Under the pieces are notes generated by a model, which was not told the DNA's origin, ran no database searches, and saw only the letters and a program-made list of their open reading frames with translations. Shown here piece by piece: positions 13,183 through 25,900 of a stretch of DNA of 64,000 bases (position 1 is the stretch's first letter; every line of letters begins with the position of its first letter). The stretch comes from Dictyostelium discoideum (Eukaryota), in the NCBI GenBank assembly GCA_000004695.1, contig CM000150.2, positions 4,736,001-4,800,000 on the forward strand, read 5' to 3'. Made by a program: the position numbers and the translations under genes.

Positions 13183-15366
13183 ATGGCATCAATTATCAAA
13201 TTTACAGCATTATCTGGAGCAAAAGATGAATCACCACCATGTTATTTATTAGAAATTGATGATTTTTGTATATTATTAGATTGTGGTCTAAGTTATAATT
13301 TAGACTTTTCATTATTAGAACCATTGGAAAAGTTTGTACTTCATTTAATCAAAATATAATTTTTATCTTTTTATTATAGATTATTATAAGATTATTAAAA
13401 GATTATTATAATATTTATTATAATATTTATTATTAATTTAAAATAAAATATTTATTTAATTTACATTTTTTTTTTTTTTTTTTTTTTTTGAAGGGTTGCA
13501 AAGAAAATAGATGCAGTATTATTATCACATTCAGATACGACACATATTGGTGGGTTACCATATGTTGTTGGTAAATATGGATTAACAGGTACAATATATG
13601 GTACAACACCAGTATTAAAGATGGGTACAATGTTTTTATATGATTTATATGAGAATAAGATGTCACAAGAAGAGTTTCAACAATATAGTTTGGATAATAT
13701 TGATAGTTGTTTTGGAGAAGATAGATTTAAAGAATTAAGTTTTAGTCAGCATTATTCACTCTCTGGTAAAGGTAAAGGAATATCGATAACACCTTATTTG
13801 GCAGGACACACAATTGGTGCATCAGTTTGGAAGATTACAAAAGGTACTTATTCAATTGTTTACGCTATCGATTATAATCATAGAAATGAAGGACATTTAG
13901 ATAGTTTACAATTGACAAGTGATATTTTGAAGCCATCTTTGTTAATTACCGATTCAAAAGGTGTTGATAAAACATTAGCATTCAAAAAAACAATAACACG
14001 TGATCAATCATTATTTGAACAAATCAATAGAAATCTTCGTGATGGTGGTAATGTTTTGATACCAGTTGATACGGCTGGTAGAGTGTTGGAATTGTTACTT
14101 TGTATTGAAAACTATTGGTCAAAGAATAAGAGTTTGGCTTTATATAGTGTGGTGTTTTTAGGTAGATTTTCATTTAGCGTTTGTCAATTTGCAAGATCAC
14201 AATTGGAATTTATGAGTTCGACTGCCTCTGTAAAGTTTGAACAAAATATAGAGAATCCATTCTCATTTAAACATATTAAAATCTTATCATCATTAGAGGA
14301 ACTACAAGAATTACCCGATACTAATAAGGTTATATTAACAAGTTCACAAGATTTAGAAACTGGTTTCTCAAGAGAGTTATTTATACAATGGTGTTCAGAT
14401 CCAAAGACCTTAATTTTATTCACTCAAAAAATACCAAAAGATTCATTGGCTGACAAATTGATCAAACAATATTCAACACCCAATGGTAGAGGGAAGTGTA
14501 TTGAAATTGTACAAGGCTCACGTGTACCATTGACTGGTGATGAACTTCTTCAATATGAAATGGAACAAGCTAAACAACGTGAAGAGAAAAGATTAGAACA
14601 ATTAAGAAAGGAACAAGAGGAACGTGAAGAACGTGAAAGATTAGAAGAGGAAGAACGTGAACAACTTTTAAATGCTACCAATCAAGATCAACTTCAACAA
14701 CTACTCCAATTACAACAACAAAAAGAAAGAGGCATCATCGATGACTCTATGGTTCACATGAAGAATCCATTCGAAAATGATAGATTCGATCTATTGGATA
14801 GTGAATTTAAAAAACAATCAATGATAACCATGTTTCCCTACTTTGAGAAACATTTGAAATGGGGTGAATACGGTGAAGAGGACGATGACCTAATACTACG
14901 TAATCAAGATAAAAAAGTTGAAGAAGTAACAATGGAAGAGGATGAAATTCAAGAACAAGAAATACCAAAGAAAATTATAACTCAAACATTACGTTTACCA
15001 ATCAATTGTAAAATTCAAACAATAGATTATGAAGGCTGCTCCGATGGTCGTTCAATTAAAGCAATCATTCAACAAATTGCTCCAACAAAGTTGGTATTAA
15101 TTCGTGGATCCGAACAACAATCTCAAAGTATTGAAAATTATGTTAAAGAAAATATTCGTACAAAAGGTATTTACATTCCATCAATCGGTGAACAATTAGA
15201 TTTAACTTCTGATACAAATGTTTATGAATTACTCTTAAAAGATTCTTTAGTAAATACTTTAAAAACTTCTAAAATTTTGGATTATGAAGTTTCTTATATT
15301 CAAGGTAAAGTTGATATTTTAGATGGTTCAAATGTACCAGTTTTAGATTTAATACAATCAATTCCA

Positions 15367-15431
<65 letters not shown>

Positions 15432-15699
15432 CACTATGATGACAACAACAACAACAACAACGAATGGACATGATGAATCATTTATTGGTGATATAAAATT
15501 ATCAGATTTAAAACAAGTTTTGGTAAATGCTGGTATACAAGTTCAATTTGATCAAGGTATTTTAAATTGTGGTGGTTTAGTCTACATTTGGAGAGATGAA
15601 GATCATGGAGGTAATTCAATTATAAATGTTGATGGTATAATTTCTGATGAATATTATTTAATTAAAGAATTATTATATAAACAATTCCAAATTGTTTAA
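13183..15699 (+). CDS. cpsf2: Cleavage and polyadenylation specificity factor subunit 2 (CPSF-100; metallo-beta-lactamase/beta-CASP). Exons 13183..13331 and 13494..15699.
   Basis: Exon 1 [35 protein letters not shown] and exon 2 [53 protein letters not shown] align closely with human CPSF2 residues 1-120. Donor AA|GTTTGT at 13332, acceptor AAG| at 13493, split Lys codon. Total about 784 aa against 782 in human. Confidence 0.8.
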
Positions 15700-15919
15700 T
15701 CTTTTTTTTTTTTTTTAATCAAAAATAAATTGTAAATACTTTTTTTTTTTTATTTTTATTTTTATTTTTTTTGTTTGGGTAATTAAAAAAAAAAAGAAAA
15801 TATTAAATAAAAAATTAATAAAACTAAAAATAAAAACTAAAAAAAAAAAACTAAATGGCTATAGATAATTTTATATAATTTAAATTTTTATTTTTGTTTT
15901 AATTTAAAAAAAAGGCTAA

Positions 15920-16333
15920 TTATGTACCATCATCATCTCCATATAATGCTATAAATAAAGTATTATTTGTTAATTAGTAAAATTAAATAATTTTTTTTAA
16001 AATTTTAAAAAATAAAAATATTAAAAAATACCTACGAATATTTAATAATGAAAGGAAATTAGATTTAATATTATTACTTCTAATTGATAATGATTTTGAT
16101 GATGAGGTTGTTGATACATTTGATTTATTATTGTTTTGAGTTGTTGGTAATGTAAAATTTGGAGAAGATGATGATGTTGTGGAATTATTTGATGAAGAGG
16201 TTGTATTAAATATATTTGACTTGCTTGATGTTGTTGTTGTGGCTGTCGTAAATTTAAAACTACTTTTTATTGTATTTGAAGTTGTTGATGATTTTGCTGT
16301 TCTATATAAGAATCCAAATGTTTTTGAACTCAT
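15920..16333 (-). CDS. Small S/T-rich hypothetical protein, about 108-116 aa. Either a single exon complement(15983..16333) or with a terminal micro-exon complement(15920..15948).
   Basis: ORF 15983..16474. The first plausible Met (MSSKTFGFLYRTAKSS) is at 16333. It is divergent from DDX49 with a 320-bp A/T spacer. A possible donor C|GTAGGT at 16035 and acceptor TTATAG at 15949 would add PLYGDDDGT*. Low confidence overall. Confidence 0.25.
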
Positions 16334-16653
16334 TTTATTTTTTTTTATTTTTTTTATTTTGATATTTTTAAAAACTTTTTTTTTTTTATATCTTATTATG
16401 AAATTAATCCTTTTTTGTAATTTGGTTTTTTTTTTTTTTTTGTTTTTAAACACACAAACAAATAATCTGATCAAAATTTCAAAAATGAAAAAATAAAAAA
16501 AAAATTAAAAAAAAAAAAAATTAAAAAAAATAAAAAAAAAAATAAAAAAAAACCGATAAACGAGAGTTTTTTCACTTCTTTTTTTTTTTTCAATTTATTT
16601 ACACAAATAAAAAAACAAAACAACAAATCTATTTTTGTTTTTTAAAAATAAAA

Positions 16654-18329
16654 ATGAGTGATAAAACATTTGAAGAATTAGGATTAACAACATGGTTAGT
16701 TGCAAATTGTAAACAATTAGGATTTAAAGCACCATCTAATATTCAAGCTAATACAATTCCAGAGATATTAAAGGGTAGAGATATTATTGCAAGTGCTAAA
16801 ACTGGTAGTGGTAAAACAGCATCATTTGCAATTCCAATTTTAAATCAATTATCAGAAGATCCTTATGGTGTTTTTGCAGTAATTCTTACACCAACAAGAG
16901 AATTGGCAGTTCAAATTGGTGAACAATTTAATGCAATTGGTGCACCAATGAATGTAAATTGTAGTGTTGTTATTGGTGGTATTGATAATGTTACACAGGC
17001 TTTGATCTTGGATAAAAGACCACACATTATTGTTGCAACACCTGGTAGATTAGCATCACATTTAAATAATGGTCTTAAAATTGCATTAAAATTTTGTAAG
17101 TTTTTAGTACTTGATGAAGCTGATAGATTATTAGGTGAAGATTTTGAATTAGAAATTGCTGTAAGTTTAATTTTTTTTTTTTTTTTTTTCAAAATAAAAT
17201 AATATCAATCTCAAATAAATAAATAATAAATAAATAAATAATAATAGTTAATTTTTTATTAATAAATTTTATTATTTTAATTTTAATTTTTTGAAAAAAA
17301 AAAAAAAAGAGTATTTTAGAACATTTACCACCACCAGAAAAAAGACAAACATTATTATTTTCAGCAACAATGACAAAGAATTTAACAAAATTAGATAGTA
17401 TAGCATTAAATAAACCATTTATATTTGAAGATAATTCAAAGTATGATACAGTTGATACATTGAAACAAGAGTATATTTATATGCCAGCACCAACAAAAGA
17501 TTGTTATTTGGTATACATTTTAAAGAAACATGAAGGATCATCAGCAATTGTATTTGTAAATAATTGTTATGCAGTTGAAGCAGTTAAAGGAATGTTAAAT
17601 AAATTGGATATTCCATCGGTTTCATTACATTCATTCCTCGATCAAAAGAGTAGATTAGCAGCATTGAAAACCTTTAAATCTGGAAAAGTGAAAGTATTGG
17701 TGGCAACTGATGTTGCAAGTCGTGGTTTAGATATTCCTGACGTTCAAATCGTTATCAATTATAAATTATCAAACTCTTCAAAAGATTATATTCATCGTGT
17801 TGGTAGAACGGCTAGATTTGGTCGTTCAGGTAGAGCCATTTCATTCATTACACCACATGATGTATCCTTAATTAAAGGCATTGAAGAAATCATTAAAAAA
17901 CAATTGGAACTTTATAAAACTGATGATGATGAAGTATTTAGACATTTAAAAGAAGCTTCAACAGCTAGAAAAATAGTTGAAATACATTTAGATGAAATTG
18001 AATTTGGTGTTAAACAAAAAGAAAGAAGAACTGAAAGAAATGAATTACAAAAACAATTAAAAGAAGTTAATAATAAAGAAAAATTTGAAAATAATAATAA
18101 TGATAATAATAATAATAATAAAACTAAAACAACAAAACCTGAAAATAAAAAAGAAATTACAAAAATACAAGAACAACCATCAAAATCAACAACAACAACA
18201 AAATCAATTGAAAAGAAACCAACAACTATAGAATCTAAGAAAATTGATAAAGATATAAAAAGAAAAGAAAATAATTTTGATGATGGTGAAATAAGTTTAT
18301 TTAAAAAGAAAAAAATAACTAATAAATAA
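16654..18329 (+). CDS. ddx49: ATP-dependent DEAD-box RNA helicase DDX49/Dbp8 homologue. Exons 16654..17160 and 17310..18329.
   Basis: Q-motif, AKTGSGKT (motif I), PTRELA, DEAD as VLDEADRLL, SAT, HRVGRTARFGRSG. It aligns collinearly with human DDX49 (FEELGL..WLV..C..LG.K.P..IQ...IP.IL.GRD.I..AKTGSGKTA.F..PIL..LSEDPYG). GTAAGT donor at 17161. Exon 2 SILEHLPPPEKRQTLLFSATM matches the human segment AILAAVPARRQTLLFSATL. It has a Lys-rich C-terminal tail. Confidence 0.85.
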
Positions 18330-18762
18330 TATTTTAACTTGTTTATTATTTGAAATTATTATTATTTTTTATTTATTTTTTTTTTTTTATTAAAGTTTTT
18401 TATTTATTTTATAAAATAAAAATAAGAATTTCAAATAGTTGATAGCTTTATTTGTTTTTTTCTTGTCCAGTTAATCATTATCTTTTGGTACATCACAGAA
18501 TCTAACAAATAAATAATTCTAGATTTTATTTTACCCACAATTTCTGGATTTATGAAAATATGAATATATTTGGATTATTTATTATTTCCATCCACAAAAC
18601 CCATATTTTTTGGAAAGTGATGTCAACAGGAAGTGGATAAATTTTCTCTTCACTTGGTCTTTATTTTGTAATTATTAACTTGGATTTAATTCATTTTATT
18701 CATTTATTCCACTAAATTTAAAAAAAAGTGTCTTTGGAAAAACATCATTTTAATTTAGACAG

Positions 18763-18856
18763 TTACCAAGGTAAAAATTCAGTTGTTGGGAGAAAGAGTT
18801 TAATTAGATTTGGTTTCAGTATATCATCCCCAACAACTAAATTTTTACTTTGGTAA
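18763..18856. repeat. Inverted repeat / hairpin with 28-nt arms and a spacer of about 37 nt.
   Basis: Arm 1 TTACCAAGGTAAAAATTCAGTTGTTGGG (18763-18790). Arm 2 CCCCAACAACTAAATTTTTACTTTGGTAA (18828-18856). The reverse complement of arm 2 differs from arm 1 at 2 positions, and one of those is a G-U wobble in RNA. Confidence 0.8.
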
Positions 18857-19269
18857 TTGCCCTAATTATAATATTATTTCATTTCCACATTTCAGTTTCC
18901 CCTTAATCTAAATTATTTATACAATTGTATAGTTTAATGTCTTTAATCAAATGCAACTATATTCTCATAGTGCTCTATTAATTATGGTGTTGGATTTATA
19001 AATCTATGTAATAAATCCAAAAGAAATTTTATTTTATAAAATACTTTTTTTATTTACCAATTTGTAAATAATTATAATAATACCTTTTGTTTTATTTTTT
19101 AACTTTTTATTTTATTTTTTAAATTTTTTTTTATTTTTTTATTTATTTCTTTTTATATGTTTTTTTTGTTTTTTGTTTTTTGTTTTATTTTATTTTTTTT
19201 TTATTATTTTTTCTTTTTTTGTTTTTAATAAATATTATTTTTTTTTTTTTTTTAATATTTTTTTTTTTT

Positions 19270-21250
19270 TTAATCATCATTTTGTTCAGAATCAGAGGAT
19301 TCATCTTTTTGTTCAATTTCATCTAATGAAATTGAAACATCAGAATAAACTTGAAGTTTGAATGAACGATTAACACTTGGATCAAAAGTTGAAGGAATGA
19401 TAGTGAATTCTCTTGGTGATTCTGGTTTAACATGAAGACGACAAACGATATCATTTCTCTTTTCCCAATTTGAAGTTTTAGTGAAAACCATTTCATTTTG
19501 GAAATCTTGAGCAGTCAATGGTTCAGAATGAGAATCACGAGATAAAACAATGAAACCAATACCTTCATCGGCAATGGTTGAATCTTGAATCAATTGAACG
19601 GCGATGACTTCATCTTTATCAGAGGCAGGTACTTTCAAATGGAATTGTGGATTATTGAAGAAAGTTGGTTGATTTGGAGAACCACCAGCAGATTTACCAA
19701 CCCAAGTACCTTTAACTTGTTCAACCTCTTGGAAAGCGTTTGTTAATGGTTGGAAGGTGGCATTCTTATCATCGGTGAAAAGTGTTAAATGGAAAGCACC
19801 TTCGATACCATGATCATAAGTTGATGGAATGACAATGTATGTACCTTCGTCGAGGGTTAAAGTGCAACCAGTGGAACAAGAGAATTTGAAGGATTCAGTT
19901 TTACCGACTTGTTCTCTGAATTCGATAGCACGTTTACCAGCATCCAATTGTTTGATAACATAAAAACCAACACTCTTATCATTATCATCTTGACTGAGTA
20001 ATACACAAGCTCTAGATTTCTTTGTCAAGGTGAAAGAGTATTGTGGATTCTTTGTCCAACCCAAGATATTGATATCACCACCACCATTGGTAGCGGTGGT
20101 CCAAAGACCATCGACGGTGATTTCATTCCAAGCTTGTTCTTGACTCTTTGGAAGTGCATAGAATTCACAGTTATCCAATTTCTCAGAGTCTAAATTGAAT
20201 TTGTAAGTGCCAGAGAAAGCAAAACTTTCGGCGTATGGGATGATACAATATTGACCTGGCTCTAAATCGATCTTACAATCGACAGAGGTTGCTGGGATTG
20301 GTGAATTGAAACTACTAACTTTTTTGATATCATTGGTGGTATCCAATATAACCTTTTTACTGCCATTGTAGAATGGATCATAGTTGATGACAAAGAAGGA
20401 ACATCTTTGATCGGTGCCTTCTGGTTGTCTGAGTTTCAATGTGATTGGTGTAATTTCATCTTTGATGCTTAAAAGATATTGAGTGCATTTGATCCAATGT
20501 GGATTATTGATTAAGCTACCGAAATTGTTTTCAGAGTTCCATACACCATCCAATACGATACCTTTGAGTACTTCCTTTGGTGGTTCATTCAAAACGAATT
20601 TAATCTCTAAACAAATCTCTGGTGCTGCTTTAACCTTCTTTGCTGGCATAGAAACTGAACGTGGTCTACCTGTAGTTGGTGAGGTTTCTTCGGCTGGGCT
20701 TTCATCTGCTGAATGATGTTGATCTTCGTCACCTTTTTCTTGTGCTTCATCTGGTGAACTTGGTGATGCAGTATTATTATCTTTATTGTTACTATTGGTA
20801 ATATTCTCTTTCTTTACTCTTGAACTTCTTGGTTTCTTATTTGATAATGGGTACCATTTAGCTTCACCATTAGCATGTAATAAATCATTAATTGGAATAG
20901 TTAAAGAACCTGTCATCTTATCTTTAAATAAGAAATTCTTTTTCCATGCTTCAATTTCTAATTCACTTGTTGCTGCTGAAACACGGCTAAAAAAACATAA
21001 ATAAAAAAAAAAAGATATTAATATTTTCTTTTTATTTATTTATTTATTTATTTTAATTTAGTTTTATACATACAATGAAAAGACATCAAAGAAAGTATGG
21101 TTAGCTAATGGTTTAGTTTTAATTTCAGTTTTCTTTAATGCTAATTCACATTTGACATTCAAAAAGTGTAATTGACATCCTTTAACTTCTTTGACTATAT
21201 AAATAATAATAAAAAAAATAAAAAAAAAATTTAAAAGAAAATTAATTATT

Positions 21251-21282
<32 letters not shown>

Positions 21283-21427
21283 ATAAGAAAAAAAAATAAT
21301 AAAAGAAGAAATTACCTTTAACTTCTAAATTACCAAATATGAATTTATCTCTGATATCAGATGATGGTGATGAAGTAGTAGTTGTTGTAGTGGTAGTTGT
21401 TGTGGTTGGTGATTCTGTTGTTAACAT
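19270..21427 (-). CDS. C2-domain protein with three calpain domain-III-like (CBSW) beta-sandwich repeats and no protease core. Exons complement(21316..21427), complement(21074..21194) and complement(19270..20986); about 649 aa.
   Basis: Exon 1 MLTTESPT(T)n..DKFIFGNLEVK ends G|GTAATT. Exon 2 VKEVKGCQLHFLNVKCELALKKTEIKTKPLANHTFFDVFS ends TT|GTATGT. Exon 3 enters ORF 19270..20916 upstream of its annotated Met, giving ...WKKNFLFKDKMTGSLTIPINDLLHANGEAKWYPL, the C-terminus of a C2 fold. The motif G.W....GG.....F..NPQ(F/Y) recurs three times (LDGVWNSENNFGS..NPHW; VDGLWTTATNGGGDINILGWTKNPQYSF; VKGTWVGKSAGGSPNQPTFFNNPQFHL), which is the calpain domain III signature. Confidence 0.6.
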
Positions 21428-21761
21428 TTTATATTATATATATATTATATATTTTTTTAATTCAAAATTTTTTTTTTAATGATAAATTATAATGAGCAGT
21501 GCAATATATAAATGTTTTTTTTTAATTAAAAATTTTTATTAAATTTTTTTTTTTTTTTTTTTATTATCAAATTGGATTTTATAAGAAAAAAAAATAAAAA
21601 AATAAAAATAAATAGGGTATATACAAAAATAAATAAATAATTAAATTAATGAATATTATACAATTAGTTTACAAGGTTGTTAGGAAAAAAAAAAAAAAAA
21701 AATTTTTAATTAAAAAAAAGGTAAAAAATAAAAAAAAATAAAAAAAAAAAAGATTTATTTT

Positions 21762-21805
<44 letters not shown>

Positions 21806-22093
21806 GAATTTGTTCCAATAATAATTTGATGAAAAAATGGGTTCAGTTTCAAAAAAAATTATTTTAAAAAATTATTTGAAAATTGTTTCGTTTATTTTAA
21901 TTTTCATTCATGGTGACAGTTTTTTTTTTTTATTTTTGTTATTTATTTTTTATTTTTTATTTTATTTTTTATTTTTTTTTTTCTTTTTTTGAAAACAATA
22001 CTATAAAACATCTAAACATAAAAATACCACTATTTTTTTTCAGTTGGATTTAAAAATAAATTTATAAATATGCATATGAATAATATAATTATG

Positions 22094-22134
<41 letters not shown>

Positions 22135-22926
22135 GTTATTATTTTTTATTACAAAAATTTTTTATTTTTTACTTTTTTTTCCAATTTTTTTTTTTTTCCA
22201 AATTTTTTTTGATCTTTTTTGTTTTTTTTTTTTTTTTTTTTTTTTTTTCACTTTGCCACACACCTTAAAGTAAGTTAATTAATTAGTTATAAAGATTTTT
22301 AGTGGTTGGATATTTTGATGATGATAAAAATTATTACAGAATAAATTTGTTGAGATAACTTTACAATTCTACATAATACATTTGACTCTGACAGAACATT
22401 CCAAACCTACTTTTTTTTTTTCTGAATTAAAAAAAAAAAAAAAAAAACTAATACTAATTTTTTTTATTTTTTTTCCAAATATAGTTTCTTTTAATACAAT
22501 GAACTCTTTTTTTTTTTTTGGGAAATAAAAATAAATAAAAAATAAATAAAAATTTTTTTTTAAAAAAAAAAAACTTAAGACAGACTATTTTTCTTTTTTT
22601 TTTTTTTTTTTTTTTCTAAATTGTTGTCATTATTGTTTTTAGAAAAAAAAAAAAAAAATATACATTAATTCATTTCCCACCAAAATTGATTTAAATTATT
22701 TCTTGTGGTTTGCTTAACATTTTTTATTTTAAAGAAAATTCCCCTCTTTGAGTTTAAAAATTATTAAAAGACAGAGTTATTTCTTTTTTTTAAATATAGA
22801 TTTTTTTATTTTATTTTATTTTTTTTCTTTTTAAATAAATTGATAAATAAATTATATGATTTTTTTTTTTTTATATTTATTTTTTTTTTTTTTTTTGTTA
22901 TTAAATAAAAATATTTGTATGATTTT

Positions 22927-25900
22927 CTACCAATCAACATTTGATTTTGATTTTGAATCACCATTATAAATACTAATGATTGAATCAGTGGCACCAGCAC
23001 CCATTAAAATATTATAAGGATGAAAAGCGACACATGAGACAGGACCAATTCTTTGACCTAAAAAGCCATCATGATAACGAATGGTACAAACATCTTCACC
23101 AGTGAAATTCATAATTTTAATTCTTTGATTTTGAGAGCCACAAGCAATCAATGGAGCATATTCGTGGACAGAGAAAGAAGAGATGACATCATTATTGTGA
23201 ATAGTGGTTGAAGAGCATTCATAAGAATGTTGCCAAAATTTGATTTCACCTGTACTACTACCAGAGACCACTGTTTTACCACCTAAACTTGCTGGCATTG
23301 AAACGTTTACAATGTAGGATTTATGTTCGGTCAATGTTGAGACACAACTATATTTTCCAGGTATTCTTTGATCGAATAATTTCACTAAACCATCAGAGAA
23401 ACCCGCAGAGAATAAAGGACCTCTCTTTTCATTGGCCATACAAGTTACCACAGATTCCGTACCAATGAAAATATCTTGCACACCTAATTCCCTCTCGACA
23501 TCCCAAATTCTAATCTTTGGAGAGTCTGGAGTTTCACCAGAGACCAAAACCAAACCACTATCACCTTTCCAATCTAAAACGAGACGACCAATTGGATCAT
23601 TACCAGTGGTGGCAAATTCTGGAAAAGCTCTCCAACTTGAAACCATTTTCAATGTATCATTACTCTCGTAGCCTCTCCAAATTCTAACGACACCATCATC
23701 GGCGGCGGTGATAATCATTGACGGATCATAATCATTGACCAATTTCATACTTGTGATACGAGTGCCTGACATATTACAATTGTTAAAAGTATTGATACGT
23801 TGACCATCATCATAGTTCCAAACACTAATATTCTCCAAGCCATCGGAAACCACCAATATATTATCGAATGGATGAAATTGTAAATGAGAGATTGGTTGAC
23901 CATTTGGCTCGGCGAAAATGGTCATTTGTGAGAAAGATTTTGGTGGTTGTTGTATAATATTTTGAACGGCCTCTTTAGACTCTTGAATGATCATTTCATT
24001 TCTTTGACGTTTCCATTTCTTTTCAATACTTTCAAATGATTCGAAATCCTCACCAGTAGATTGCATCATTGGTTTGGAGAAGTAATTACAACTCCATTCA
24101 TAATAGTCTGAATAAAGTTCATCCTCTTCAAATGGCATTGAATCTGATACCATTAAGAAATCGTTTTGTAATGATTGACTGCTTGAATTCATTGATGAGA
24201 TTGATTGTGACATTTTATTTGTTTTATTACCACCTAATCCACTTGAAAGTGATAATGATTGAAAAGTATTTGCCAACTGATTACCTAATCCATTATTATT
24301 ATTTATATTATTATTATTACCATTACCATTATTATTTATATTATTACCATTATTATTTATACTACTATTATTATTATTATTATTATTTATATTACCATTA
24401 TTTATATTATTATTATTTAAATTTAATTGATTACCATTTAAATTTGTACCAACATTATTTGTTGATGAAGTTAAAATTGGTGATCTTTGATTTCCTAATT
24501 TTGTTTTTGTTGGGGATCTTGGATCTCTATTGGTTATACGTGATATATTTACAAATGTATTTCTAATTGAACTATTACTATTATTTAATCCAAATCCACC
24601 ACCACTACTACCTCCTAAATTATTATTACTACTATTTAAATTACTTCCATTCATACTAGCACCTAAATTACCATTACTACTATTTAAGAATCCACTACCA
24701 CTACTATTTAAACCATTCATACTACCATTTAGGTTATTAAAATTGAAATTTGTACGATTGATTAGATTATGTGACATTAATTCTTCCATAGAGAATTTTG
24801 AAGAGATTCTTTTTACAATGGATTGTGCACGATTAGCAACTTGATCGAATGGATCTGTACAAAGGTTTAGAATGATTTTCCAAAGACAACCATACACTGA
24901 TGATTGTGAACCATTACCATAGAGATCACTATTGTTATTTAAATGATCAGCATCTGATATCTTTGGTACGGATGCACGTTTCTTTGATTTTCTTGATTCC
25001 TCTAAACGTTTTGCCTCTAAAACTGCACGAAGTCTTTCCTCTTGTGCAATCTCTTGAGCGACTTGTACAAAGTTACTCTCATAGGAGGAAACGATTCTGG
25101 ATAATGATATAACCAATTCCTTTCTTACCATTGGTGAACAATCTGCAGTGATGACGGCAAGGGTGAGAGCAAGATTTAATTCGATATTAGTTCTTTGTTC
25201 ACTTCCTTCTGCACCACCAATTAACTCACCCAATGCAACGACAGCCGATGCTCTAACCTCTGGTGAGACATCTGTGAGAAGGAGACATAATTTCTCATGG
25301 GCATTCTCTTTGATTGCAGCCCATTTAGCCTCTTCAAAGTTCTCCCACATTTTTGCCATACAAAGTATCATCCATCTACGTACCATTGGATCTGGATCAT
25401 TCAATTGTGATAAACAGATGGGTAGGAGGTTACCAATGAGACATGCATTTTGTCCGGGTCTACAGTTGTTACAAATTGTCGAGAGTACAAAAGCAGACAT
25501 TGTTCTTTGATCGGCTGGAATTTGTGGTGATGATAAGACACTTATGAAATAGGCATGACCATTCTCTTTAACTAAATCCAATTGACAAGATTTATCCAAC
25601 GCCAAAATCTTGGCCCAAATAAACACCAAGATATGACGTAAATCTCCAGCTGGTGATTGTAACAATTTCAAAACATAAGGAAAGATACCAACACAAAGGG
25701 CCAAATTAACAGCCCATGGTCCAAGATCTAAAAATTTACCCAACAATACCAATGCACGTAAACGATGTGCTTGACTCAATAAAACTTGTAATACAATTGG
25801 TAATTGTGCTGGTGGATCTTTATGTTCGGAACCAAATTCCAACCAAACTTCGAATGCTGTCAATTGTTCAGTGAAAAATGGTGATGATTTAAACTCGGCA

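Noticed and set aside
22806-23000. ORF 22806..23000 (minus) overlapping the Raptor stop.
   Set aside because: It is K/F-rich A/T translation overlapping the Raptor 3' end, and it has no coding signal.
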